Shown: positions 21,744 to 31,064 of the stretch, one piece after another
How the letters are laid out: every line of letters starts with the position of its first letter
How positions within the stretch are numbered: the first letter of the stretch is position 1
Assembly: GCA_965249575.1 (NCBI GenBank)
Contig: OZ252244.1
Span: 1,280,001 to 1,344,000, forward strand
Source: Gemmatimonadales bacterium
GTDB lineage: Bacteria > Gemmatimonadota > Gemmatimonadetes > Gemmatimonadales > GWC2-71-9
Reading direction: 5' to 3'
DNA: 64,000 nt
Translations under genes and position numbers: made by a program
Notes under the pieces: generated by a model
Told to the model about the DNA's origin: nothing
What the model saw: the letters and a program-made list of their open reading frames with translations, nothing else
Databases searched by the model: none

Positions 21744-21977
21744 ATGGACGAACTAGGCTTCGACGAGGGCTTCGACTTAGGGAGCGGCACGGCACAGACC
21801 ACCGCGCTGGTCGATTGTCCGCATTGTGGCGAGGTGAACGAGATTCAGCTCGACCCCGGGAGTGGACCGAGGCAGGAGTATGTCGAGGACTGCCAGGTCT
21901 GCTGCGCGCCCTGGACGGTCGAGGTCCGCTATGGACCGGAGGGCGATGCCGTGGTTTCCGCACGAGTCGACAGCTGA
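21744..21977 (+). CDS. CPXCG-motif cysteine-rich protein
   Basis: VDCPHCGE...EYVEDCQVCCAPW. Confidence 0.85.
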   Translation: MDELGFDEGFDLGSGTAQTTALVDCPHCGEVNEIQLDPGSGPRQEYVEDCQVCCAPWTVEVRYGPEGDAVVSARVDS

Positions 21978-21993
21978 CCGGCCCACTCCCCGT

Positions 21994-23572
21994 CTATCCG
22001 CCGCGCGGGATCGGCCGGCCGGCCAACTCGCCTGTCGGGCGGCCGTCGCGGAACGCAAACCTCCCGTTTATGAGGACGTGCATCGTGCCTTCTGCGTATT
22101 GGTGCGGATCGTCGTAGGTCGCCTGGTCTCGGATGCGGGCTTCATCCAACACCACGACATCGGCATAAAACCCCGCCTTCAGTAACCCCCGGTCCGGGAC
22201 TCCGAAAAACTGCGCGGCGAGCGAGGTCATGCCTCGCACCGCGAAGGGAAGGCTGATCAGCCGCTCCTCGTGCACGAAGAGGCGGAGTTTCCTCGTGAAG
22301 GCCCCGTACGACCGGGGATGCGTGATGCCCTCACCGAACGGCGGGGTCCAGCCGTCGGTGCAGGTCATCATCCACTCCTGTTGCGCCAGATATCTCGTGT
22401 TCGCCATGTCGTACAACTCGAGGTTCATGACATCCGCATCGCGCTCCGCCAGAATCTGCCGAACGGCCTCGGGTACCGGGATACCCCAGTCCCGGGCGAC
22501 TGCGGCCAGCGTACGACCATTCAACTCAGCTCGCGCGTCGGTAAAGAGCAGCTTCTCCGGCCCGCCGCGAATCGCCAGCATTTCCATGGTTTCGACGTCG
22601 AGTCGTTTCACTGCCTCGGCGTCCTCGAAACGAGGGAGCATGCGTTGCCGCCCACCCGCGCTCGCCCACCTCGGTATCGCGTAGGCTCGGAGATTGCTCT
22701 GGGTGGCGGTGTAGACGTGCTGGCCGGCCATCACGTTGACGCCGCGGCTCCGGGCCTCCTCAACGAGCCGCCCCCCCCGGCACGACCGTAGTTCGGTCGT
22801 CCCTGGGCATTGAAGTGGGAAAAGATCACGGGAGTCCCTGCCCGCTCACCGATTTCGATCGCCTCACGAATCGATGCGAGGTAGCCCACACCCTTGTACG
22901 TCGCTCCGAGGTCTCGATCATGCGTGTCGTAGATCCCGCCATACCGGGCAGCGACCCTGGCAAGTTCGGTCACCTCGTCCGCCTTGGCATAGTAACCCGG
23001 GACGTAGAATAGACCTGACGACAACCCAACCGCGCCCTCATCCATTCCGCGGGCAACGTACGCCCGCATTGCGTCGAGCTCGGCGGCGGTGGGATCCCGG
23101 TCGTCGCGTCCCATCACCGCTTCCCGAGCGGCCCCATGGCCGACGAACCGGACGGCATTGATCCCTATGCCGGTGGCACGGTACCCATCGAACGTCTCCC
23201 CGAGCCTGTTCGTCCCCTCACCGTCCACCCCTAGAACCACCGTGGTAATCCCCTGATGGAGCTGCGGTAGCGCGGCCCTCCATGCTCGGTCTCGAGACCG
23301 GCGTGACTGTGCACGTCCCAAAAACCTGGGGCCACGATCAGGCCACTGGCATCGACCGTGTCGCGGGCCTCGGCGCCTGTGGCTTGCCCAACGAATACGA
23401 TGCGATCGTCACGGACGCCTACGTCCGCACGAACCCACGGGTTGCCAGCGCCATCCAGGACCTTCCCGCCAAGAATGAGCACCTCCAGCGGGCGCTGGTG
23501 CGCCGCCGGTGTCCCGCACGCGAGGACTGCTAGCGTGACGATCGAGGCGAAACGGCAGGAGTTGTCGATCAC
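21994..23572 (-). pseudogene. N-acyl-D-amino-acid deacylase family lipoprotein with two frameshifts
   Basis: LAC lipobox and PGFWDVHSH; GLFYVPG, THDRD and HPRSYG motifs spread over three frames; breaks near 23283 and at the G8 run 22771-22778. Confidence 0.82.
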
Positions 23573-23624
23573 TGGGTTGTCCTGGTACGTGGTTGAAATC
23601 GGCGGGCGCGGGCCGGGCGATGCC

Positions 23625-25202
23625 CTACTGTCTCGAAAGCACGATGCCCGCGCGAACGCCGGTGAGTGATCCGCCTTTCACGGCGAGCCGCCCGTTCACC
23701 AGCACGTACGACATGCCCTCGGAGAGCTGGTGAGGCCTCTCGTAGGTCGCGCGATCCCGCAGTGCCTCGAGATCGAATACCACGATGTCGGCGAAGGCGC
23801 CTTCGCGAATCACTCCCCGGTCAGCCAGACGGAACGCTCTCGCCGGAAGACCTGTCATACTTCGGATCGCCTGCGGGAGATCGCCAACATGCTCTTCCAA
23901 GACGTATTTACGGATCCGCCGTGCAAAGGCACCGTACCCCCTAGGGTGGGGTTGGCCATCCCCCATGGGCACCAGTCCGCCGTCGCTACACGTCATCACC
24001 CACGACTCGCTCATGAACCGCTCCACATCGGCCTCGGACATGTTGTGGGACACGATACCCACCTCGCCTTGCTCAAGGAGCTCAACCGCCGCCTCAATCG
24101 GGTCGAGACCACGATCCCCAGCCACTCGCTCGAGGGTCATTCCCTCTGTCGACGGATCCGGCCGATACCGGGATATCTGAATGCGCGACGCGCCTCCTCT
24201 CCGATCCAGATTAATCCACATCACGTCGGTGATCCGAGCGCGGGCTTCGGGCTCAGCAAGCCGTTTCTCGAGCTCGTCGGCTCCCCCTTCCTGCGCCCAC
24301 CGCGGCAACAGTGCCGCACCCAATCCGGTTGACAAGGCCGCGTAGGGATACTGCGACGCATACACCTCGACGCCTTCACGGCGCGCCCGCTCGACCCGCT
24401 CGACGACCACGCCAGAATAGCCCCACACGCGCGGGCCCAGCGCCTTGATGTGCGTTACAATTCCGGGAAGGCCAGCCTCCCGAGCGACAGCTACCACCTC
24501 GTCCACAGCCGCCACCAACCCGATCGTATAGTCCGATTCGTCACGGATGTGGCTCGTGTAGAGGCCGCCGTACTCCGATACGACGCGCGCAAGCTCGGTT
24601 AGCTCCCCGGGGCGAGCGTAGCTCCCCGGGGCATAGAACAGGCCACTGGACAGACCGAAGGCACCGCTTTCCATCCCGCGCCGCACGAGCGCCCTCATCC
24701 GGTCCAACTCGTCCACGTGGGCGACCCGATTCGTCATCCCAAGGACCTCGCGCCGAATGGCTCCGTGCGGAACGAGTAGCCCGACGTTGACCCCGGAGCC
24801 ATGCTCCGCGAGCCGCGCCCTCTGGCGTTCGAGATCGACCGACCCGGCGCCGTCAGGATTCAAAAAGACCGTGGTGAGTCCCTGGGCGAGCAGCGGTCGG
24901 GCGTCACTCAATTCGGGCAATTCCAGGCCCTCAGCGGCGTGCGAGCGCTCGTCGATGAACCCTGGGGACACGTAGAGCTCCGAGGCATCGATCACTAGGT
25001 CTGCCTCCACTTCCGACAAATCACCGACCGCGGCAATCCGATCGCCCACTACTGCGATGTCCGCGCGAAACCAGGGGTTGCCCGTTCCGTCTAACACCCG
25101 CCCGTTTCGCACGACGACGTCGTACCGCTCCTGAGCTAGCCCGGCCGCCGATGCGATGAACAAGAGAACCAGGGACGCCGCGGCTGCGATCGCATTGCGC
25201 AT
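23625..25202 (-). CDS. Secreted N-acyl-D-amino-acid deacylase (D-aminoacylase) family amidohydrolase
   Basis: Signal peptide GLA-Q; GLSSGLFYAPG, YTSHIRDE, THIK, CSDG and HPRGYG motifs. Confidence 0.87.
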   Translation of the reverse strand: MRNAIAAAASLVLLFIASAAGLAQERYDVVVRNGRVLDGTGNPWFRADIAVVGDRIAAVGDLSEVEADLVIDASELYVSPGFIDERSHAAEGLELPELSDARPLLAQGLTTVFLNPDGAGSVDLERQRARLAEHGSGVNVGLLVPHGAIRREVLGMTNRVAHVDELDRMRALVRRGMESGAFGLSSGLFYAPGSYARPGELTELARVVSEYGGLYTSHIRDESDYTIGLVAAVDEVVAVAREAGLPGIVTHIKALGPRVWGYSGVVVERVERARREGVEVYASQYPYAALSTGLGAALLPRWAQEGGADELEKRLAEPEARARITDVMWINLDRRGGASRIQISRYRPDPSTEGMTLERVAGDRGLDPIEAAVELLEQGEVGIVSHNMSEADVERFMSESWVMTCSDGGLVPMGDGQPHPRGYGAFARRIRKYVLEEHVGDLPQAIRSMTGLPARAFRLADRGVIREGAFADIVVFDLEALRDRATYERPHQLSEGMSYVLVNGRLAVKGGSLTGVRAGIVLSRQ

Positions 25203-25408
25203 CTGATGACGTGTTGACTCGTAGTACGTTGTCAGCCTTTTCCCCGAAGCACGGGTGGTCGCCGGGAGCCTGAACTTGGGCCTGGAATGGAGGGGCATGC
25301 AAGGTGCGGCACGCCTGGAATAAGGTGAGCCGGCCGGATATGTTCACCGAGCGCCCTGAATGCGACACCTCCGACTACTTTGAACGGAACTCTACGGAGC
25401 GACGACAC

Positions 25409-26149
25409 ATGTCCCTCGCCACCGCCGTCGACACACGCCAAGCTCGAATCGATCTCGCGGCAGCATTTCGGTGGGCCGCGCGCCTCGGCCTGAACGAGGG
25501 GATAGACAACCATTTCAGTGCCGCGATCTCCCCTTCGGGAGATCAGTTCCTCGTCAACCCGCACGGATTCCACTGGACCGAGTTACGCGCCAGCGATCTC
25601 GTACTCGCTGACAAGGACCGCAACATCCTCGAGGGCGAACACCAGGTCGAGGACACGGCATTCTTCATTCACTCAAGGATCCATCTCGGCCGCCCGAAGG
25701 CACGGTGTGTTCTGCACACGCACATGCCCTACGCGACGGCGTTGTGTCTGCTCGAAAACGGGAGGCTAGAGATGGTCGAGCAAAACGCCATCCGGTACCA
25801 CAACCGTATCGCGTACCTCGACGAATACGAGGGGCTCGCACTGGACACGACGGAAGGCGATCGTCTCGCGAAGGCGATGGGAGGTAACGACGTCGCGTTC
25901 CTCGGTGCCCACGGCGTTATCGTGACCGGCCCAACGATCGCACACGCATTCGACGAACTCTACTTTCTCGAGCGCGCGTGCCAGGTTCAGCTCATTGCCC
26001 GCAGTTCCGGAGGCACTCTGCGCAAGCTGCCGCAACGGCTCATCGAGGATACGGCTCGGCAAATGCAAGGGGCACTCGACGGAGGCCGCCTGCACTTCGA
26101 GGCCATCAAGCGCATTCTCGGGCGCACCGAGCCGGAATACACCGAATGA
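25409..26149 (+). CDS. Class II aldolase/adducin family protein
   Basis: NEGIDNHFS, FFIHSRIH, CVLHTH and AHGVIVTG motifs; GGAG RBS before ATG 25409. Confidence 0.88.
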   Translation: MSLATAVDTRQARIDLAAAFRWAARLGLNEGIDNHFSAAISPSGDQFLVNPHGFHWTELRASDLVLADKDRNILEGEHQVEDTAFFIHSRIHLGRPKARCVLHTHMPYATALCLLENGRLEMVEQNAIRYHNRIAYLDEYEGLALDTTEGDRLAKAMGGNDVAFLGAHGVIVTGPTIAHAFDELYFLERACQVQLIARSSGGTLRKLPQRLIEDTARQMQGALDGGRLHFEAIKRILGRTEPEYTE

Positions 26150-26225
26150 GTGCACCGCGGGGTAACGGAAAGATGATCGGGGTCCCTGGTCGGGACGCCG
26201 CGGCGGGATGCAATTCACCCGGTAG

Positions 26226-26852
26226 TCAGCTGCGCTCGCCGGTCGCCGCATCGAGCAACCGCTTGGCCTCAGGCGAGTAGTCGAGCTGGATCGCGCACTC
26301 GCGGGCCCGTTCGCTCATCTTCCCCCACGTCCCTTTGAGAATGCGAAGCCATTTTTTCTCGTCCCACTTCTCGAGATAGGTGCCGAGCTTCGTCGCGAGG
26401 AACGTGAGGCAGTCCGCATCTTCGAGGGCCTGGGCCTCTGGATCATGGGGGAACCCTTCCTTCCGAATCAGGGCCCGCACCCGACCAACGGTTTCCGCTG
26501 GGTACCCCGCCTCGGCGACGCACTGGCCGCACCGCTCTGCGTGGAACTCGTTGAGGGCCCGTCGCCAGCGATGGTACCCGGCCCTGGTCATTGGATATCG
26601 CGAGCGGGGGATGGTCCAGCGTTCCATGTCATGGCCGCGGGCAGCGAGCAGTAGCTCCTCAGAGGCCTCCGGAATCAACTGCTGGACCCAGTCAAAAACG
26701 AATTCGGAGTGGAGGTATTCCCGGGGACCCTCTCGCCCCAGGATCGTGGTCACGGTGGGATCCCGCTTGTTGGCGGCGTCTATTAACGAAAGGGCTCGTT
26801 CGAATCGAGGGGTTGGAAACACCAGGAGAGCTTCACACCCCGCGGAGCGCAT
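26226..26852 (-). CDS. DUF4202 family protein
   Basis: IDAANKRDP, ASEELLLAARGHDMERW, YPMTRAGYHRWR and LEDADCLTFL motifs. Confidence 0.75.
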   Translation of the reverse strand: MRSAGCEALLVFPTPRFERALSLIDAANKRDPTVTTILGREGPREYLHSEFVFDWVQQLIPEASEELLLAARGHDMERWTIPRSRYPMTRAGYHRWRRALNEFHAERCGQCVAEAGYPAETVGRVRALIRKEGFPHDPEAQALEDADCLTFLATKLGTYLEKWDEKKWLRILKGTWGKMSERARECAIQLDYSPEAKRLLDAATGERS

Positions 26853-27025
26853 GTCAACGGGACCAGGATGAGGCCCCCGGATGCGTGTATTCCGTCAGTG
26901 TTCGTGGTTAGAACCCGCAACTCACGCAGCGTAGGGGGGTAGACCTAGAGTCGGAGCGCGATTTCGAGAATGGTTTGCGGCGCTTACCGAAACGCACCTG
27001 TATCCCTCCGAGGAGAGTATCGAGA

Positions 27026-27742
27026 ATGATGGCCGTGCAATTCGAGGGAGCACCTCCAAATACCGCGTGGGACCTGGTGGCCATCTCGAGCGCCGAGACT
27101 AAGGCTGTGTTGGTGGTACTCGCCGTGTTCTCATTGATCAGCTGGTTCCTCATCGCCTTCAAGTGGTGGCAACTGCGCCGGGTGCGGCAGCAGGGCAATC
27201 ACTTCTTCGGGGCCTTGGAGCAGTCGCGAAGCCTGGAAGAGGCCCACACGACCGCCCAGAACCTCCCGCCGTCGCCGTTTGGTCGAGTGCTGCGAGAGGG
27301 GATCCAATTCTTTCAGGCATTGAGGCCCTCCGGTGAGACACAGCCCAGCGAGGAGTCGACTTCGACGCTTTCGGTGACCCAGCTCGAGGCCCTGCGAATG
27401 GTGCTCGCCAAAGAGGTGTCAGCCGAGCGCGACCTGATGGCGCGGTTTATTCCGTGGCTAGCGACCATAGGCGCGGTGAGTCCCCTGCTCGGATTGCTGG
27501 GCACCGTGCTCGGAGTCATGGATTCCTTCATTGGTATCGCTACGGGTGGGTCCGGAAACATCAGCGCCGTCGCGCCGGGTGTTGCCGAAGCGCTCATCAC
27601 CACGGTCGTTGGGCTGGCGGTCGCCATACCGGCCGTTATCGCTTACAACCTTCTGGCCAACCGCCTGGGAGTCTACGCCGGAGAGCTCGAGGGTTTCGCG
27701 CACGAGGTCATTGGGAGCATGGCACGAGAGGGGAGACTCTAG
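27026..27742 (+). CDS. MotA/TolQ/ExbB proton-channel protein
   Basis: LATIGAVSPLLGLLGTVLGVM and VAPGVAEALITTVVGLAVAIPA. Confidence 0.92.
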   Translation: MMAVQFEGAPPNTAWDLVAISSAETKAVLVVLAVFSLISWFLIAFKWWQLRRVRQQGNHFFGALEQSRSLEEAHTTAQNLPPSPFGRVLREGIQFFQALRPSGETQPSEESTSTLSVTQLEALRMVLAKEVSAERDLMARFIPWLATIGAVSPLLGLLGTVLGVMDSFIGIATGGSGNISAVAPGVAEALITTVVGLAVAIPAVIAYNLLANRLGVYAGELEGFAHEVIGSMAREGRL

Positions 27743-27745
27743 CCA

Positions 27746-28162
27746 ATGGCCGAGGGCGGACTCAGGGGCCACGGCGAGCTGCCGCTCGCGGCCGATATCA
27801 ACGTGACCTCATTGGTCGATGTCGCGTTCGTACTGCTCATCATCATCATGCTCACCGCGCCGATCATGCAGGGCGGCGTGGATGTCAGACTGCCGCAAAC
27901 CGAAGCCCGGGCCCTGCGCCCGGACGAGGCGGCCGTGGTATCCATTAATCAGGAGGGCGGGGTGTCGCTCAACGGCGCGGTGCTGCCGATCGGTGACCTC
28001 CGCCCTGCTCTTGAAGCCGTCGTCGCGGACGAGGGACCTCCTATCGTCTACGTCCGCGCTGACGCTCGGGTCGACTACGGGCAGGTCGCGCAGGTGCTCG
28101 CTGACATTCGAGCTGCGGGTGTCCCCAACCTGGCCCTTGTTTCCGAGCGAGTCGTCCCCTAG
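27746..28162 (+). CDS. ExbD/TolR family protein
   Basis: INVTSLVDVAFVLLIIIMLTAP and VRADARVDYG; 3 nt after the exbB/tolQ-like gene. Confidence 0.92.
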   Translation: MAEGGLRGHGELPLAADINVTSLVDVAFVLLIIIMLTAPIMQGGVDVRLPQTEARALRPDEAAVVSINQEGGVSLNGAVLPIGDLRPALEAVVADEGPPIVYVRADARVDYGQVAQVLADIRAAGVPNLALVSERVVP

Positions 28163-28262
28163 AACTTTCGCCCGCCAGTCCATTCTCCAACTAATTGTCT
28201 TGCAGTCGTTTACGGCCACCTCCAGGGCAGGGGGGTGGACGTGGAATAAGTGTGAAGCGGTC

Positions 28263-28280
28263 TTGTGAAACGGTTCACAA
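28263..28280. promoter_or_regulatory. Perfect Rex-type operator TTGTGAA-N4-TTCACAA (also fits CRP-like TGTGA-N6-TCACA)
   Basis: TTGTGAA ACGG TTCACAA, 110 nt upstream of the nirK-like ATG. Confidence 0.7.
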
Positions 28281-28390
28281 AGTCGTTAAGCCAGGCGGCC
28301 GATCATGGAATCGTCCCGATAGGGAGCACGCCGTTAGCGAGCGTAAAGTCCGGTGCGAAGCATCGATCGCAGTTACTCGGAGGACGTCCA

Positions 28391-29890
28391 ATGAAAACAT
28401 CCCGCGGCTCCGCGAAGATTCTGGGCTTCGTCGCCCTTGGGTCCGTACTCACGATCCCGGTCGTTCAGGCCTGTCGAGGAGCCCTTGCCGACCAGCGGCC
28501 GCGCCAAGCTGAACAGGCGCTTCTCACACACGCCCCTGAAGTACCTCCACCTATTCAGCGAAACGAGCCCGCGAAGCTGATCGTCAACCTCGAAACCAGC
28601 GAGGTGACGAAGGAGATCGCCGAGGGGGTGGAGTACACCTTCTGGACCTTTGGCGGTGAGGTCCCCGGGAAGTTCATTCGCGTTCGGGAGGGGGACGAGG
28701 TCGAGTTCCACCTCAACAACCATCCGGACAGCAGGTTTCCACACAACATCGACCTGCAGGCGGCACAGGAGCTCACCTTCGGCGGTCAAATCAGGCCGCG
28801 ATTTGAGTTTCGCATGCCGGGCGCCAACGAAGAGGACGTATTCACATCGATGCGTGCCCGCGCGCAGCTCCGGGCCGCACTGGAACGCAACGTTTCGCTC
28901 TTCTTCCAGATCCAGGACGTGCGCCTGTGGGGTGAGGAAACAAGCACGCTCACCGATTTCTCGGCGGACAATCTCGACCTGCACCAGGGCTATCTCGAGG
29001 TCTCGTGGGGCGCGGACGTAAATCTGCGGGCACGCGTCGGACGCCAAGTGACGGCGTACGGGGGGGAGCGGCTCATCGGGGCAGTGGAATGGACCCAGCA
29101 GGGGAGAGCCTTTGACGGGTTTCGGCTGAACGCGGCGGGTCCCTTCGGCTCCGTAGATGTGTTTGGATTCAAGCTCGCGGAGGGAGACGCGCCCGGGATC
29201 GTGAGTGACGCCGAAGTCCTGGGGGCGTACGCGCAGATCGACGGTGTCGCCGGCGGCGCGATCGACCTCTACACCATCTTCAATCGCGTCGGCGACCCGG
29301 CCGGTACGAAGCAGGCGACCGTGGGCGCGCGCCTCGCAGGTCGGGGCCGCCGTACATCATACCGGTTTGAGGGATCCTATCAGTTGGGCACACGAGATGG
29401 GCTCGACGCCAGCGCTTTCATGCTGGGTGCCCGCGTGGGGAGGTCATTCCTCGACGGGCGTGCGCGGCTCGTCCTCTGGTACGACTACCTATCGGGGGAT
29501 GATGATCCTGCTGACGGCCGGGTCAATGTCTTCGAGACCCTGTTCGCGACCAACCACAAGTTCTATGGTTTCGCCGACCTCTTTCTCAACATTCCGGCAC
29601 ACACGGGAGGGCTCGGTCTCCAAGATGCGGCCATCAAGGCGTCTTTTGACCCCATCGACGACTTGCAGCTCAGCGCCGATCTCCATTCTTTCCACCTAGC
29701 GAAGGAGGGCGCTCTGAGCACGAGGCATCTTGGGGAAGAGATCGATTTCACAGCCCGCTATCGATACAGCCCCAACCTCACTGCCACCGCCGGGATCTCA
29801 CATGTGATCGAGGCGGCGGCGCTGCGAGCGCTCGGACGACTCGCCGAGGACATGATGTTCGCCTACGTCATGCTGGACGCGAGCCTGTGA
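28391..29890 (+). CDS. In-frame chimera: N-terminal fragment of copper nitrite reductase (AniA/NirK-like) fused to an alginate-export-family beta-barrel
   Basis: GGAGGA RBS; QAC lipobox; APEVPPPI, YTFWTFGG-VPGKFIRVREGD and PHNIDL, then from ~28756 GGQIRPRFEFR, FFQIQDVR, LHQGY, GRQ, ATNHKFYG and LGEEIDF. Confidence 0.75.
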   Translation: MKTSRGSAKILGFVALGSVLTIPVVQACRGALADQRPRQAEQALLTHAPEVPPPIQRNEPAKLIVNLETSEVTKEIAEGVEYTFWTFGGEVPGKFIRVREGDEVEFHLNNHPDSRFPHNIDLQAAQELTFGGQIRPRFEFRMPGANEEDVFTSMRARAQLRAALERNVSLFFQIQDVRLWGEETSTLTDFSADNLDLHQGYLEVSWGADVNLRARVGRQVTAYGGERLIGAVEWTQQGRAFDGFRLNAAGPFGSVDVFGFKLAEGDAPGIVSDAEVLGAYAQIDGVAGGAIDLYTIFNRVGDPAGTKQATVGARLAGRGRRTSYRFEGSYQLGTRDGLDASAFMLGARVGRSFLDGRARLVLWYDYLSGDDDPADGRVNVFETLFATNHKFYGFADLFLNIPAHTGGLGLQDAAIKASFDPIDDLQLSADLHSFHLAKEGALSTRHLGEEIDFTARYRYSPNLTATAGISHVIEAAALRALGRLAEDMMFAYVMLDASL

Positions 29891-30019
29891 GCCCCGCACC
29901 GACCTTGTGACAACGTCAACTCGCTCGTTCTCACCGGGGGAACGCACCCAAAACAGACGGCGCCGCGTTTGCAGCTACTGCAAGCGCGGCGCCCAATCCG
30001 TGTCCGAAACAGCGGCCCC

Positions 30020-30847
30020 CTAGAGCGCACTCCGCTGGAACCCGGGTGTCACCCGAGCTGGAGGAGTGACGCAGCCCGGCCCCCCGATCGTCACGCTGAC
30101 GGGTCCATCGGGCCCGCCAAACGTCAAACCGATGCCCACTCCCTGACCCCGCTGCGGGTTGGCAATGATCCCGCCCTGCCCCGGCCCACCAATCGTCACG
30201 CCGCCGGCCGGTCCCGCGAGGGTCCCACCCACTCCAGGTACGCCGAGGCCCCCACCGGGCCCACCAACAGCACCCCCGGCCCCCTGCCCACCAATGAGCC
30301 CGTCCATGCCGGTCCCGCCATGCTCACCGGTCGTCCCTCCGGGGCCGATGTTCCCGCCTCCCGGATGGAGAAGGCTCCACAGCGGCGACGTTGCATCTTC
30401 GCTCTTGCGGGTCGCACGAGCCACCCGCCGGATGGGGTGCACCGTACGCACCTCAGGCGACCCTAGCTCGACCGCCGCAAGCTGAACGACCGCCTCATCC
30501 GCTAGGCTGGCTTGAGAAAGGCCAGTTGGGTCGAAGCCCGGGGACGTTAAACTCCGCGACTCCTCCGAAGTGGACGAGAGCGCGAGAGACGCCCAGCTCG
30601 GCACCAGCCCCTGCAAGTCTACTGACGGGAGCCGCGGCTCCGTGCGGAACTCGTCTGCCTCGGCCACGCGCACCACCGTCGTGTCGAGCACGCCCTCGGT
30701 GGTCAACCGTCCGGCGCTGGCCGCTCCCAGCGCCACGGCGACGACGAGTGCGCCGTGAATTCCGGCTGAAACGGCACCACTCGATAGCTTCTGTCTGAGT
30801 GTCGCCTTTGTCCGGCGAGTCCTGGTCTGGACGCGGCTATCAAGCAC
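30020..30847 (-). CDS. Hypothetical single-TM protein with a TonB-like SxxxH anchor and Gly/Pro-rich tail
   Basis: AGGAGG RBS before GTG 30847; VSAGIHGALVVAVAL helix; repeated VTIGGPG. Confidence 0.5.
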   Translation of the reverse strand: MLDSRVQTRTRRTKATLRQKLSSGAVSAGIHGALVVAVALGAASAGRLTTEGVLDTTVVRVAEADEFRTEPRLPSVDLQGLVPSWASLALSSTSEESRSLTSPGFDPTGLSQASLADEAVVQLAAVELGSPEVRTVHPIRRVARATRKSEDATSPLWSLLHPGGGNIGPGGTTGEHGGTGMDGLIGGQGAGGAVGGPGGGLGVPGVGGTLAGPAGGVTIGGPGQGGIIANPQRGQGVGIGLTFGGPDGPVSVTIGGPGCVTPPARVTPGFQRSAL

Positions 30848-31064
30848 TGACCCCTCCTGTCCAGTCTTTCGGTGAAACGCGCGATCTACAAGGTCTCCCC
30901 AGATAGCCCCGCAGTCAACGCTTTGTTCCCCCTCGCCCCCCACCCCCACTCCGCCAACGAGGAGGCTCCGCTCCCCTGAGGACCGGGCTGGGGGTGGGGG
31001 TGGGGGTAGTCTCCTCACTGCTCACTCCTCACTCGGAGGGGTGGTGCGGGGAGGGGTCCGTGGT

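Noticed and set aside
29906..29921. Second Rex/FNR-like site after the alginate-export fusion
   Set aside because: Half-site only, and it lies between convergent gene ends
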